From assembly GCA_951406725.2 (NCBI GenBank), contig OX597835.1:45694001-45758000 (forward strand): DNA of 64,000 nt, written 5' to 3'. The notes under the pieces were generated by a model that was given only the letters and a program-made list of their open reading frames with translations, was not told the origin of the DNA and did no database searches. Positions within the stretch are counted from its first letter, which is position 1, and every line of letters begins with the position of its first letter. This document shows positions 27,826-40,779 of this stretch, in pieces. The translations under genes were made by a program, and so were the position numbers. Source of the DNA: Octopus vulgaris (Eukaryota).

Positions 27826-30228
27826 TAGGTCACAACCGTTCATAAAAGTTCTGTTTAACAAATTCAACTCTCCCAGCCCTGAGCCATTTTAGCAGCGTTA
27901 ACCTATGAAAAATATGAGGTGCTACTATGAAGGACTTTTAGCAAAATTTTTGCACAGATGAAAAGGCAAGATATTTGTTTCGATCGCACTTTTAACTCCG
28001 AGAATTCTTTCGGTTCCGATATGTAGAATACTTACTATGTAAATTGTTAATATTTTATATACTTTGCTTTAAAAGAAAAAATCTGGCAACTTTTCTTTAA
28101 AAGAAAATAATCTGGCAACTTTTCTTTCATACAGAAGTTGTGATTCATAATTATTCCATTCTACAAATTCGGAGACTGTTCTATTTGGGTTTCGTAAAAC
28201 ATACACACACTTAGAAAAAGGTCTTACGTAGAATTGCAGGCCTAAATTGTACAAGGGCAGAAATGTTATTCATCCGAAAGATCATCGGGGTGCGTAGCTC
28301 AGAAAGAAGGAAAGTCTAACCAGATCGAGTCCCTACTTCTCCGTATTGAGTGGTCAGAGATCCTGTATTAGGGTCTCGTGGTTAGAATGAAGCACGAAAA
28401 ATCTCAAGTGAGACCCTTGAAACCGAGTACCTGATAGAAGACCTAGATTAGTAGACCAAGATGGAGTTGGTTGGTAAATCTGAAGAGAAGTGTAATGACG
28501 GTTGCATATAAGAAGACTCAAACGGAGGAGGTATCTGGACCTCAGTCACCTCAATCATAGTTTCCTGAGAACTCAACCATCAACAATCAGTTAGGAATGA
28601 TCGGTGAGGAAAAAGGATGGAAATGGATCGTTGTATCAAACTAGTATTTTGCAGTGAAAGTGCACGCTTAAGAAAAATGCTGCACTATTTTACATAACGA
28701 ACCTATAACAAATATTTATCTGAGAAACTTTTACCAACATTTATCACAGTGTTTGTGAATGTTATGTAGAATAGTTCTTGCTTCTCTATCATGAACCACA
28801 ATGAAATAAGTTACAAAATAAGTTTCATAACCTATTATCCTCCACCTTGAAAAGACGTGATTCTGTGCAAAATTTCATTTACCGCTGAGCAAAACTGTGG
28901 CATACAACATACGACATTCATCCATTCATTTATGGAATGCAAAAGCCGTGAAGTTTCCTCAGTAGTTAAGCTATTGGTTTGAAGCATTCATTGCCAATAA
29001 TGAATTAATGAATGATTATGTGCGTTCTGTTGTTTCTGAAAGGGTGCGCTAAAGATACGTATACATAATGACCAATAAGTTATGTTTATATATGTGTACC
29101 TCTGTACGTTTATGTATTTGTGATCGTGTTAGTACCACGCTACGTCTGTAAGTCATTATCCGTTTGTAGGTAGTACACATATAACATGTTGGGGTGAATT
29201 ATTCCTAACAAATAACGATTGGTTGTGTGTCTTTGTGTGTTTCTGAAAGCGTATCCTGGGGTTAAATGAGTATTATGGCTAATAATAGATATTTCTATCT
29301 GTGTAACTCTATTTGTATACGCATGTGTGCGGCGGGTACGTCGTCTGTAAGTCTTTGTTTGTCCTTTGTCTTTCCGTTTGTTCATGTAATAATACTGCTT
29401 TCATGGTTCAAAGTATGGAAACAGATCTAACTCATCTTTGAAAAGGAGTTGGCATGTTATCTTTCAACATATCTATATCTATATTCACAAAGTCACGTTC
29501 ATCGCGTAGAAAATGGCAGTTTAAAGATGTATGTGAGTTCTTAGCACATTCTTTGAATGCAACATTTGTTAACTTCGAAGATTTAGTATTCATAAATTTT
29601 CCAAAGAGTTACGTATTCTTTGTGCCATGAGAAAAGAAACTGTTTATGCTATTTCTTAAATCAGAAACGTTTATAACAACGGCATCGCAAGCAGTAGTAT
29701 CTCTACTACTGCCACAAAGACCACTGCACGTACTAGCACCAACTATAAAATCCTATAAAAACAGAAGCACTCGACCACCCGTCAAGTTCTGAAACGATAC
29801 GAAAGCATATTGAGATTTCCAAATGTGATGTCAAGAGATCTCTTCGGTATGGAGCAGAATGACTTAGTTTAAAAGGGTCATGAAAGGACAATGGATGCAC
29901 GCATATATAATATACATACATACATGCACACGCACACATACACACTCTCGCACACACACACACACACGTACACACATATATATACATATACATATATATA
30001 CATATATAATACATATATACATATATAATTTTTTTTATAAATGAATTTCTTGTGATTGATAGCATGAACTATCTTTTTTTATATATAACTTTTTTTGATA
30101 AGGTTCATTTCAGGAACTGAAACATGTTATAATGTATATATAAAAATTAAAAATTGTATAATATAGCAGCATTTTCGAACTTCATTTTTTACAAATATAT
30201 ATATACATATACATACATACATACACAT

Positions 30229-30293
<65 letters not shown>

Positions 30294-30649
30294 CATATAT
30301 ATATGTACTTGTGTATGTAAATCTTTTTCATGTGTGTATTGAATAAATTGAATAAGGCTTTGTATAACATAAGTTAGCGAGAGAAAGAATGACATTAGTA
30401 AACTTTTAGAAATGAAATAGTAGACACGTTTCAGGATTTGGCTAAGCAGTTATGTATTCACACATCTGGCCATCGCACTGAGAGCAATTATTCAGAGGCA
30501 AAACTGGAAACGTGAATATTTCGAAATAGACACGCCAGTGAAATGATATACATGATGACACTCTCAGGAAACACAATTGTATTTTATTGCGTTCCAATTC
30601 TAAAACAAACTGGCCAAAAATTATTATAATATATTGCACATTTAGGAAA

Positions 30650-30653
30650 TCTG

Positions 30654-30703
<50 letters not shown>

Positions 30704-30705
30704 CA

Positions 30706-30736
<31 letters not shown>

Positions 30737-30793
30737 ATCTATATATCTATCTATCTTTCTATATCTATCTATCTATCTATCTATTTATCTATC
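30650..30793. repeat. (TCTA)n array, 5' flank of the Tx1 LINE
   Basis: Direct inspection. Confidence 0.95.
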
Positions 30794-32266
30794 GTATTGA
30801 CTCTTGAGCCACTACTGCGGAAGCTGGCGACTCTAAGGGGCATCCCGCGAGAATTGGGATGCGGGACGAGCGTGTCTGCATACGCGGACGACGTCACCGT
30901 CATAGTGTCTAGCCACGAGCACATCGAGCTGGTCGGTGAGACACTGAAAAACTACGAAGCGGTGACAGGAGCGAAAATCGACCGGGAAAAGTCAGTGGGC
31001 TTGCGACTAGGCACCTGGAGAAGCAAGCCCATGCCGTCCACCAGCGCCTCCGTCGTGGGACGCTGGACCGACGGCCCGGTTGAGTTGCTCGGGGTCTGGT
31101 TTGGTCCGGACCTCCAAGTGGAGAAGAACTGGAACGAGATAACGAGTAGGGTGGTCACTCTCGCCCGGCAATGGGCCGAGAGGAAACTGTCCCTAAAAGG
31201 TCGAGCGGAGGTGGCGAACACGTACATCGCGTCCGTCATCTACTACCGCCTGACCGTCGTACCTTGTCCCGACCCTACCATCACCAAACTACAACGCATC
31301 CTCTTTCGCTTCTTGTGGAAAGGATGCGTCCCGATGGTCAGGCGATCCATTTGCTGTCAACACCCGTTAAAAGGAGGGCTGGGCATGCCGTGGTTGATGA
31401 TGCGCAGACACGCGCTGAGACTGCGACATCTCTGGCTCTATGTAGACGACGGTGAACAGGTGTGGTCGCCGTTTGTGAGGCACGCTTTCCCGCAGCTCGT
31501 CTCCATGACCGAACTGCAGTCGTGGATCAAAAAGAGGCCGAGGAAGGGCGAATGGCACCGCGAGTGTCGCGTTGCTCTCAAGCAACTCTGCCGTCCTGGG
31601 TCGACCTTAAGTGACTTCAACACAACCAAAGCATTCTATAGGGGTTTAGTGGAGGGGAGGTACGACGACGAGCTCGGGGCGAACCTGGACGTCGACGAGG
31701 AGTACCTGACCCGCCTGTTCAGGACGACTTTCGGGCCAGGGCCCATGGACAACTTCCAGAGATCCCTGGCCTGGCAGTGCTACCGAGAAGCGCTACCCGT
31801 TCGGGATAAGCTCTACAGACACGGCTCGAGAAACACGGGGCCGACCTGCCCGAGATGCGGTCAGAGCGACGAAACCGTTCTGCACGCACTCGTTCAGTGT
31901 CCAACAATTTCCGACCTGTGGGCTTATGTCGAACAACTGCTGTCACGTGTGGGACGAGTCGGTTTATCAGCTGAGTCTATCGTCAATATTGTCACGCCTC
32001 CTTCCTTCAAACGGGAAGGAAGAGCTATTTTCATCATCCTTGTGGCTATGGCGAAAGAATGTATCTGGTGGACGCGTCTGAAAGGATTGGAGACAAACAC
32101 TTTCCTCTCTGGTCAATCTCTCATCAACTTCTTCAAGTACCACTTGAAAAGGAAAGTGAGAGTAGAGAGGCAAGTTTTGTCTAGCGAATGTTTTAAAAAA
32201 AGATGGGTGAATGTAGCAAGAATGGCACGTATGAATGACGAAGCCACCTTGAGCATAGTCCTATGA
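30794..32266 (+). CDS. Tx1/L1-type ORF2 fragment: RT C-terminal domains and C-terminal zinc finger (no start codon; 5'-truncated)
   Basis: 490 uninterrupted codons: VLTLEPLLR, SAYADDVTV, GAKIDREKS, LLGVWFG, W..RKLSLKGRA.V.N, GGLGMP, CPRCGQSDETVLHALVQC. Confidence 0.9.
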   Translation, partial: VLTLEPLLRKLATLRGIPRELGCGTSVSAYADDVTVIVSSHEHIELVGETLKNYEAVTGAKIDREKSVGLRLGTWRSKPMPSTSASVVGRWTDGPVELLGVWFGPDLQVEKNWNEITSRVVTLARQWAERKLSLKGRAEVANTYIASVIYYRLTVVPCPDPTITKLQRILFRFLWKGCVPMVRRSICCQHPLKGGLGMPWLMMRRHALRLRHLWLYVDDGEQVWSPFVRHAFPQLVSMTELQSWIKKRPRKGEWHRECRVALKQLCRPGSTLSDFNTTKAFYRGLVEGRYDDELGANLDVDEEYLTRLFRTTFGPGPMDNFQRSLAWQCYREALPVRDKLYRHGSRNTGPTCPRCGQSDETVLHALVQCPTISDLWAYVEQLLSRVGRVGLSAESIVNIVTPPSFKREGRAIFIILVAMAKECIWWTRLKGLETNTFLSGQSLINFFKYHLKRKVRVERQVLSSECFKKRWVNVARMARMNDEATLSIVL

Positions 32267-32560
32267 ACCCAGAAATCGAAAACAGAGAGTTGCTTATTTG
32301 CAAAAAAAAAAAAAAAAAAAAAGAAATATAAAATGTGACTTCATTGACCGAGGTTACCGTGGTCTTTTCCGTAGGCTTTTCTTTCCACGGGTAAACCTCA
32401 CCTGTCCTCCCCTTTACACTTCATATTGACATTTCTGTGATAACGATCCCTATTGATCAATTTTTTTTTTTTTTTTTTTTTTCCTCTCCCCCTTTTTTTA
32501 ACCCCCCTTTTTTTGTCCTCCTTCTCTCCTTTTACGATCCCTTTTGATCGAAACTCCCCC

Positions 32561-32595
<35 letters not shown>

Positions 32596-32666
32596 ATTCA
32601 AAAGAAAAGCTCTACCTTGTAATTTGTTCTATCTGTGTGCAGCCCTGTGTGGCTAATAAAGAAACA
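30794..32666 (+). mobile_element. 5'-truncated Tx1/L1-clade non-LTR retrotransposon
   Basis: GC-rich open RT fragment followed by a pyrimidine-rich 3' UTR ending ccctgtgtggctaataaagaaaca; (TCTA)n on both sides. Confidence 0.92.
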
Positions 32667-32714
<48 letters not shown>

Positions 32715-32716
32715 CA

Positions 32717-32747
<31 letters not shown>

Positions 32748-32756
32748 ATCTATCTA

Positions 32757-32812
<56 letters not shown>

Positions 32813-32814
32813 CA

Positions 32815-32845
<31 letters not shown>

Positions 32846-32858
32846 ATCTATATATCTA

Positions 32859-32944
<86 letters not shown>
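32667..32944. repeat. (TCTA)n array between the two LINE copies
   Basis: Direct inspection. Confidence 0.95.
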
Positions 32945-32946
<2 letters not shown>

Positions 32947-33512
32947 GTCTAGCGAATGTTTTAAAAAAAGATGGGTGAATGTAGCAAGGATGGCACGTAT
33001 GAATGACGAAGCCACCTTGAGCATAATCCTATGAACCCAGAAATTGAAAACAGAGGGTTACCCACTTGCAAACAAATGTGGTAACATATAACAATATTGA
33101 CCAAGGTTACCGTGGTCTTTTTCGTAGGCTTTTCTTCCCACGGATAAACCTTACTTGCTTTCCCCTTTACACCATACATCATAACACTGTGATACACGAT
33201 CCCTATTGATCGTTTTTTTTCCTCTTCCCCTTTTTTCCCCTTTTTTCTTCTTTTTTCATTTCTCTTTTCCTTTGTTCCTTTTCCTTTTCTTTTTTTTATT
33301 TTTCTTTTTCTTTTTCTTTTCTTTCTTTCTTTATTTATTTTGTTCTTTTCTTCCCTTTTACGATCCCTCTTGATCGAAAACCTACGCCACCCCTTTTTGT
33401 TTTTTTTTTTTTTGTTTTTTTTTGTTTTTTGTTTTTCTCATCCCCCAAAAGAAAAGCTCTACCTTGTAACTTGTCCCATCTGTGTGCAGCCCTGTGTGGC
33501 CAATAAAGAAAC

Positions 33513-33513
<1 letters not shown>
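32945..33513 (+). mobile_element. Second, more truncated copy of the same Tx1-like LINE (last ~90 nt of ORF plus 3' UTR)
   Basis: ttgtctagcgaatgttttaaaaaaagatggg... matches 32177 onward; ends ccctgtgtggccaataaagaaact followed by (TCTA)n. Confidence 0.92.
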
Positions 33514-33566
<53 letters not shown>

Positions 33567-33659
33567 GCCTGTCTGCCTGTCTGTTATATAAATATATATA
33601 TATATATATATATAAATTTTTAAATATAAATATATAGATAAATTTAAAAAATATCCAGA

Positions 33660-34190
33660 AAAATGTCCAGAACCTGGAGGAGCATGGCATCGGCATTGTT
33701 TTAAGCTGTGCTGAAGAGCAATGGTTACACCAGAACTTTAGCACAGATAGTAAGAAAGAAGCAGGAATTTATACGCTCCTATGCTCTCATACGATCCCAT
33801 AACAGCATTCTTGGTGCCATTTTTGATCATGAACGAAGCAAAGATGACAAGGATGGAGGCAGGGATGCAGATGAAAGATGTCACCCCTACTTTGTAGACA
33901 CTCAAGAAAACAGAGAAGAAGATTCAAGTGAGATACCCTTCCGGAAAGTAAACCCAAGTGCAGTTGCCCCTACCAGCATCAAAACGAAAATCCAAGAAAG
34001 AATTAAAAGAAGGAAAAACTAAAACAAAAACAAAAGATGAAACGGCCAGGAAAAGAAGCAAGCCTCACTATCTATATAACAAAATGGATAAAAAGAGACA
34101 GCACACACGAATGTGCAAATTCTACCTGAAATGTGTCTGCTGGCATTGGAGAGGTAGACGCAGGCTGCCGTTTTGCACACTAAAGACTCC
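33660..34190 (+). pseudogene. Possible piggyBac transposase C-terminal remnant
   Basis: RKRSKPHYLYNKMDKKRQHTRMCKFYLKCVCWH loosely fits the piggyBac Cys-rich tail (RKRC..C...DRK....C..C.K.VC..H); heavily decayed. Confidence 0.3.
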
Positions 34191-34227
34191 ACCACATAAA
34201 TATGAAACAGGGTGGAAACCACCTACC

Positions 34228-34463
34228 AAACCGGGCGTTGTGAGTGATTATTGAGCGAAAACACCTAAGGCTCCACGAAGCTCCGACAAAAAGTGGTGGC
34301 GATCCCTGCTGTACTCTTTCGCCACAACTTTCTCTCACTCTTTCTTCTGTTGGCCTGCTCGCTTAGCCAGCGGGGCGGCGTCGTTTGAAGGATAAAACCA
34401 TGCGAAGTGCATTGTGACCAGCGATGAGTAGCAACATCTGATAGCCTGATCGGTCACGGTGAT
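34228..34463 (+). mobile_element. SINE family 2, headless copy with an alternative 3' tail
   Basis: accgggcgttgtgagtg...ctgtactctttcgccacaactttctctcactct matches 38139-38250, then continues with an unrelated tail. Confidence 0.8.
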
Positions 34464-34568
34464 ATATATATATATATATATATATGCATTTTACCAGTAG
34501 CCAGCGTGAGTAAAACTTCTTAGACTGCAAGTCTTATTATATTATGTGTGTATAAGAATTATACAGTG

Positions 34569-34678
<110 letters not shown>

Positions 34679-35394
34679 GTACACACATACACATATATAC
34701 ACATACATATCTATGTATGTATATATGCATATATATTTACATATATATATATCGAGCTATACACCGCCTTATCAGTGTATCTATCCATCTTAAAGAGTAT
34801 CAGAAAACGTTATCACCACAGTTAGACTTCAATACATTATTTTACAAACATGTCTGCCACCGTTAAACTTAACCTAGATTTAACATTAACTTTCTGTTTA
34901 CAAGCCAGTTCCAAACCATTAAATATATTTCATTAAAACTTTAGTTTTTGTTTTCTTTTTTCTTTAGATTCACATTTATTAGTAATTTTTCTTGTTTTTG
35001 TTATTTTCCTAATCTCACCTCATGCACCTCTACACACCTATTATTCCATCTCCCACCGACCCTCCTTTCTCTCATTCTCTTCTCATTCTCCCCCTCACTG
35101 TCCTCGTTCTCTTTTTATCTCACACGCTACGCGCCTCTCTATTCCCCCTCCTGCCTACTTCTGTGCTTATTTTCACTCTCCCCTCCATCGCTTTTTCTCT
35201 CTCTTCTCTCTCTTCCTTATCTCTCTCCATTCTCTCTTCTCTCTCTCTCCATTCTCTCTCTCTCTCTCTGTATTTTTCTCTCTCCAGTCCCCTTTTTCCC
35301 GACACATACTCTTTCTCTCATTTATTTCTTCACACCCACGGAGTTTGATAATTTTTTCTCCATATAATTCTCCCTTTCTCTTTAGTTTTCATCT

Positions 35395-35675
35395 CTCTCT
35401 TTATCTATCTCTCTCATTCACTCTCTTTCTCTCTCTCATTCACTCTCTTTCTCTCTCTCATTCACTCTCTTTCTCTCTCTCATTCACTCTCTTTCTCTCT
35501 CTCATTCACTCTCTTTCTCTCTCTCATTCACTCTCTTTATATCTCTCATTCACTCTCTTTCTCTCTCTCATTCACTCTCTTTCTTTCTCTCATTCACTCT
35601 CTTTTTCTCTCTTTATCACTCTTTATATCTCTCATTCACTCTCTTTCTCTCTCTCATTCACTCTCTTTCTCTCTC
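35395..35675. repeat. CT-rich minisatellite (about 22-26-bp unit ctctctcattcactctctttctct)
   Basis: About 10 recurrences of cattcactctc. Confidence 0.9.
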
Positions 35676-36452
35676 CCTCCACACATTCTTCCTTACTCTC
35701 CCTATGATACTCTTCTCTATTGTTCTTCTCTCTTTGTCTGCTCTCCCTCTGCTTGCTTTATTTCCCTCACTATCTCTATCTTTCTCACCGAACTCTCTCT
35801 TTATAGTTTTCCTTCTCCTTCTCTCTCTCTTTAGTTCTCTCTCTTTCTCTCTGTCATACTCTCTATTTCATACATTCATTCCCCCCTCCCTTCCACACTC
35901 ACTCTCAGACTCTCTTTACTTTTCTCTAATCTCTCTCCGTTTCTCATTCTCTATAACTTATCCTCTTTCTTTCTCTCCTGCATAATGTATATTCTTTTTC
36001 CTCTGAATTATTCTACGACTTAACACTCGTCTCACTACTTGCTCCTTCGAACCCCGCATCACTTCCAGACAAAGCGATTGAGACTGAAGCAGAAATAGAC
36101 AGACGTAAAGACAGAAAGGTAGAGAACGATACAGAGAAAGAGGGGGGGGATATACAGGAAAACATATACAAAGAATGGTAAATGGGTGGACGAAATCATG
36201 ATTAAACTAGTGACTGGAACCAAATTACTGTTTTCCTATTTTGATATATTTTATATTTTTTAGTGGGGATGTATATGGGCGGAGTATGTTTCACTTCGTC
36301 TATTTTTTCAACCTGCTGTTAAAGAGGGTATTAGCGACACGACTGGTGTTATATTTTGAAGGTGATGGCTTTAATATTGTTGTTGTCAGGGCAGTAACGT
36401 TCGGCTGACAAGCAAAATATCTTACAATCATATATATTTATATATAGGCACA

Positions 36453-36527
<75 letters not shown>

Positions 36528-36941
36528 CTAATGTAGGATAAAATTTTTTCGAAAAAAAATTTTATCAATGGCCAGCATATTAAAAAATACATTTAAAGGT
36601 TAAATAATGAACAACTTATAAATAAGGGAGTATTTCTATTTTAGATTTATTTGGGGTACTTAGTTGTTGTGCTCATGACTTAGTGTTTGCTTCTCCCATG
36701 GGTATGAGTAAGTATCTCATTTACTTCTTTGCCACAAGTATCACTGACGAAGGGAGGGTTCTTTTTTAACTAAACCTGAAATCGGTGCGATGTAGTAATA
36801 ATGGAATTTTTAGAGATTTCTGTCGACCTTCTTCGAGTAGCGTGCGTACTGGGGAAAAAATTATACGGTAAATGGACAATATGACCAATTTTCGGCATAT
36901 TTGGCATTAGGAATTTTTTCGTTTGCCCTTATTTATAAGTT

Positions 36942-36998
<57 letters not shown>

Positions 36999-37020
36999 CA
37001 TATACATATATATATATATA

Positions 37021-37416
37021 CTAGCAGTATCGGCCGGCGTTGCTCGGGTTTGTAAGGGAAATAACTATATAAGCATTTTTAGAGAGTTATAGCCAAAAAA
37101 TAGCCAAAAAATGCATTAAAAATGGAAAAAAAATGATGGTAATTTTTTTTCAAAATCGTTGACTCATCGTAGAAATTTTTTAGAGAGTTACTTCCCTTAT
37201 ATAGTAGCGAAAAAAATGCATTAAAATGTAAAAAAATGATGGTAATTTTTTTTTTAATCGTAGACTCATCATAGACGCGCACTAATACCCAGAAGGGCTC
37301 GATATGAATCACGACTATAAGATACCTGGTTTTGGTTAAACTGCACCGCAAAATGTGGGAGTAGTTAGGAATCTAAATCGTAGGAGACAGACACACAACT
37401 TGACTTTTATATATAA
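37021..37416 (-). mobile_element. Non-autonomous Helitron
   Basis: Minus-strand 3' end cccgagcaacgccggccgatactgCTAG|t (GC-rich subterminal hairpin plus CTAG); 5' end ..tatatataaaagtcaagttgtgtgtctgtc; internal ~100-bp duplication. Confidence 0.7.
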
Positions 37417-37504
37417 ATATATATATGTAAGTGTTCTTCAAAGGTGTACTCCAGCATGGTTGCAGTCTAATGACTGAAACAAACAACATATAAAAGTGGG
37501 TGAC

Positions 37505-37672
37505 AAAGAAAGACATACACATATACGACGGGCTTCTTTCATTTTCCTTCTTATAAATTTTTGGTGTGCTCCAGGCTATAGTAGAAGACACTCACCCAAA
37601 ATGCTGTGCCGTAGCACTGAACCCAAAACCATGTGATTGGGAAGCAAGCTTCTTACCGCACACAGAGGCCTG
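37505..37672 (-). mobile_element. SINE family 1 head module (diverged)
   Basis: atacgacgggcttctttc...gctatagtagaagacact...accatgtgattgggaagcaagcttcttacc. Confidence 0.75.
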
Positions 37673-37908
37673 TACTTTACACATATATCAAATCTTTTAT
37701 CCATAGTTTTTACCTCTTTTATTCATTGCGCTTCGGCAATGAAAGGTTTAGCCGAAAAATCGACACCGTACTTATTTGTCAAGTCAGGTGTTCACTCTAT
37801 CAGATCTTTTGCCGAACTGCTAGGTTACGAAGTCGTAAAGAGACCAATGCTAGATGTGAAGCGATGGTAGGCGGATGAGTGCAGACATAAAAAAACGGAC
37901 ACACACAG

Positions 37909-37941
<33 letters not shown>

Positions 37942-38068
37942 TAGATACATATATACACAAGTATATTACTAAATATATGTGTGTAATGTATTCATTTTTA
38001 TATAATCATACATACGCACCCCCCCACACATATAGAAATATATATGTTTGTGTATATGCTCAGGTGTG

Positions 38069-38453
38069 GTGGAGGCGCAATGGCCCAGTGGTTAGGGCAG
38101 CGGACTCGCGGTCATAGGATCGCGGTTTCGATTCCCAGACCGGGCGCTGTGAGTGTTTATTGAGAGAAAACACCTAAAACTCCACGAGGCTCCAGCAGGG
38201 GATGGTGGTGACCCCTGTTGTACTCTTTCACCACAACTTTCTCTCACTCTTACTTCCTGTTTCTGTTCTACCTGTATTTCAAAGGGCCGGCCTTGTCACT
38301 CTGTGTCACGCTGAATATCCCCGAGAACTACGTTAAGGGTACACGTGTCTGTGGAGTGCTCAGCCACTTACACGTTAATTTCACGAGCAGGCTGTTCCGT
38401 TGATCGGATCAACCGGAACCCTCGTCGTCGTAACCGACGGAGTGCTTCCACCA
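38069..38453 (+). mobile_element. tRNA-derived SINE family 2, full length with 13-bp target-site duplication
   Basis: Head gaggcgcaatggcccagtggttagggcagcggactcgcggtcataggatcgcggtttcgattccc (A/B boxes); TSD atgctcaggtgtg at 38056-38068 and 38454-38466. Confidence 0.92.
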
Positions 38454-38732
38454 ATGCTCAGGTGTGCGCGTGTGTGTGTGTGCGTGTGCACAAAGAGTGA
38501 AAGAGAGAGAGGCCTGTCGACCTGTGCCTGACGGTCATGATCGTGGCCCGTCGCGCTTAATGTGTTAAAGGCGAAGTCGACCTCACAACGTAAAAATGGC
38601 TGAAATAACGATAAACATATCTCCCGGCCTGACAAAGATTCTGCCGGTTAACTGCCTTAAGAATTGTAGTAATAACAATGCATATAAGCTTCAAGTATAG
38701 CCCTGGTCATTCTATCATTATTTACATTTATA

Positions 38733-38940
38733 AGGTGGAGAGCTATCAGAATCATTCCCTCGCCGAACAAATTGCTTAGCAGCAGTTCCCTCGTCTTTAC
38801 GATCTAAGTTCAAATTTCGCCGAGTCCAATATTCGCTTTCATCCTTTAGGGGGTCGATAAATGATCCTATAATCAAGAGCTGAGATGGATGAAATCGACT
38901 TAATCCCTCTCCCAAAGTTTCTATCATAGAAAGGATTAAG
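38733..38940 (+). mobile_element. SINE family 3 (diverged)
   Basis: aggtggagagctatcagaatc...gttcaaatttcgccgag...ctttcatcctttagggggtcgataaa...aatcgactt; homologous to the reverse complement of 41850-42023. Confidence 0.7.
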
Positions 38941-40147
38941 TATATTTTGTTTTAAATGCTTTCCTTCATAAATAATTGTCTGCCTTCGTCGAAGTCATAC
39001 TCTTCATAGCAGTATATTTCATACCTAATTATGTTAATGCATTTTAAGGCCATAAATATCAAGAGGATAATTATAAATACAGTGAATATAAATGAACTGG
39101 TAAGTTTTATTTATGCATATAAAACTCAAGTTGAAAATTTATATTGCTTTAAATTACAATTACATCGTAAATCTTAAACATTTTGAACACAAATGCTCTT
39201 TAAAATACTTCATTCAGAAATATTGTAATTATAGAGAATTACGCTGGTAAATATATATCGTATAGCATATATTGAAAAAAAATTATGGTGTAATATATTT
39301 TGTATTACACTAATTATATTAGAGTAATTGCAATGCTTCATCGATAATGATGCTCAGAAATCCATAATTATTTTATCCTCTAAGTTGTAAAATCAAAATA
39401 TATAATAACGGAGAAACTTTTCAATTTCTTATTTCAGCTAGTAAATAAAGAACAGGAACAAGGCTCGAATTTCGCCCATCATACGCGGAGAAAGCTGAAG
39501 GTTTAGAGATTAAAAGGGGGTCTTTAAAGCACCTATATTCGGGTATAAACCGCATAAAGTTCGTAGTTGCTTTTGTGTTTCGTTTATATTAGTTCAGGAG
39601 TTGTCATGCAAAACTTGCATTTCTTTCAAAATTATTTTATCATACAGGTGACATGCAGCGCACTCTGGATCGGTAATGCAAAGAGAAATAACAAACTCTT
39701 CACAGCGTTGAGGCAGGATTCGAAATTTGAATGTAAAATCTAGGAATTGTAAGTGTTCACTCATATAAATATAGTCATTGAGGTTAATATAACACGAATA
39801 TCATTGAATGCTAATATAATTGCTTTCGTGCAATGTCAGTGTTAGTTTGAAACAGTGTATTCGCAGAATCGCTGGACCACGGGAAAAATATTCTTGCGGA
39901 ATTTATTTCAACCCTTAATATTATGATTTCCAATCCTACAGTGATCAGTTTGCCTTTCGTTCTTCCACTTTCTATAAAATAAAGTCCTAGGCAAGCACTG
40001 GAGACGATGGGTTCGGCTAACGTTGTCTGCTCAAAACTGCTGCCCTCATCCCTAAAACAGTGTATTGTAACGTCAAACCGTCACTGTCATCACATTACCG
40101 TTATGACAATCGTATTCCACTGGTAATGTTAATGTAACAATAGTTTA

Positions 40148-40340
40148 TTACCTGCGCCAAGGAAGGAGGTTATGTTTTCATTGGTTTGTTCGTCTGTCTG
40201 TCTGTGTGCCAGATAACTAAAAACGTTGTGCGCAGTATTTGATGAAACTTGCAGAAAAAATTTGTAATGACACAGGAAACAGATGATGAAATTTTGTGAA
40301 GGATTTTTCATTTGTTATATTTACTTTACAGGAAGCATTA
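40148..40340 (+). mobile_element. Helentron/HINE-like element 5' fragment
   Basis: ttacctgcgccaagg(aagg)aggttatgttttc..gtctgtctgtctg.. start, shared with 40780-40910. Confidence 0.5.
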
Positions 40341-40779
40341 CAATGTTACGTTCTTTGATTATCTCCCTTGAAAACACATCGTTTCCACGTAACCTATGGT
40401 GGCGTTGCTGTTTAGAGACAGTGTTGATGATGACGATGGTCGAGATAAGTATGGGAGGAGGATAAAATAGTATCGGAGGTTATAATGGTGACATGAACGG
40501 TGTGATGCCTGATGCTGAGGTGATGGTGGTAATAGTGGTGTTGATGATAGTATTAGTTGTGTGATGGTGGTATTGCAGTGGTTATACTGGTTGTGGTGGT
40601 GAAAGTGACTGTCAAGGCAACCGTCATGATAACATTGATGGCGGTGTATGTGGTTGAAGAGGAAGCAATGAAAATGCTGATGATAATGATGTTGGCGGTT
40701 GTGAACTGCGTCAGATGATTCCTGTTTTTTAAAGGGTTTTTTTTTTCTTAAAATCATATGGCTGTGTTATTATTTTTTG

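Noticed and set aside
28270-28620. Purine-rich block with a TATA-like word as a solo LTR
   Set aside because: No TG..CA ends, TSD or second copy identified
30587-30793. N-terminal 69 aa of the 559-aa ORF
   Set aside because: Read-through of flank and (TCTA)n array from a TTG; the LINE sequence begins at ~30794
35395-35675. CRISPR-like regularly spaced repeats (also 27378-27825)
   Set aside because: No unique spacers, eukaryotic context, simple tandem repeats
38071-38145. tRNA gene at SINE heads (also 5390-5460 and 58495-58566)
   Set aside because: A/B boxes are present but there is no full cloverleaf or acceptor stem; continues into a repeated SINE body with a TSD
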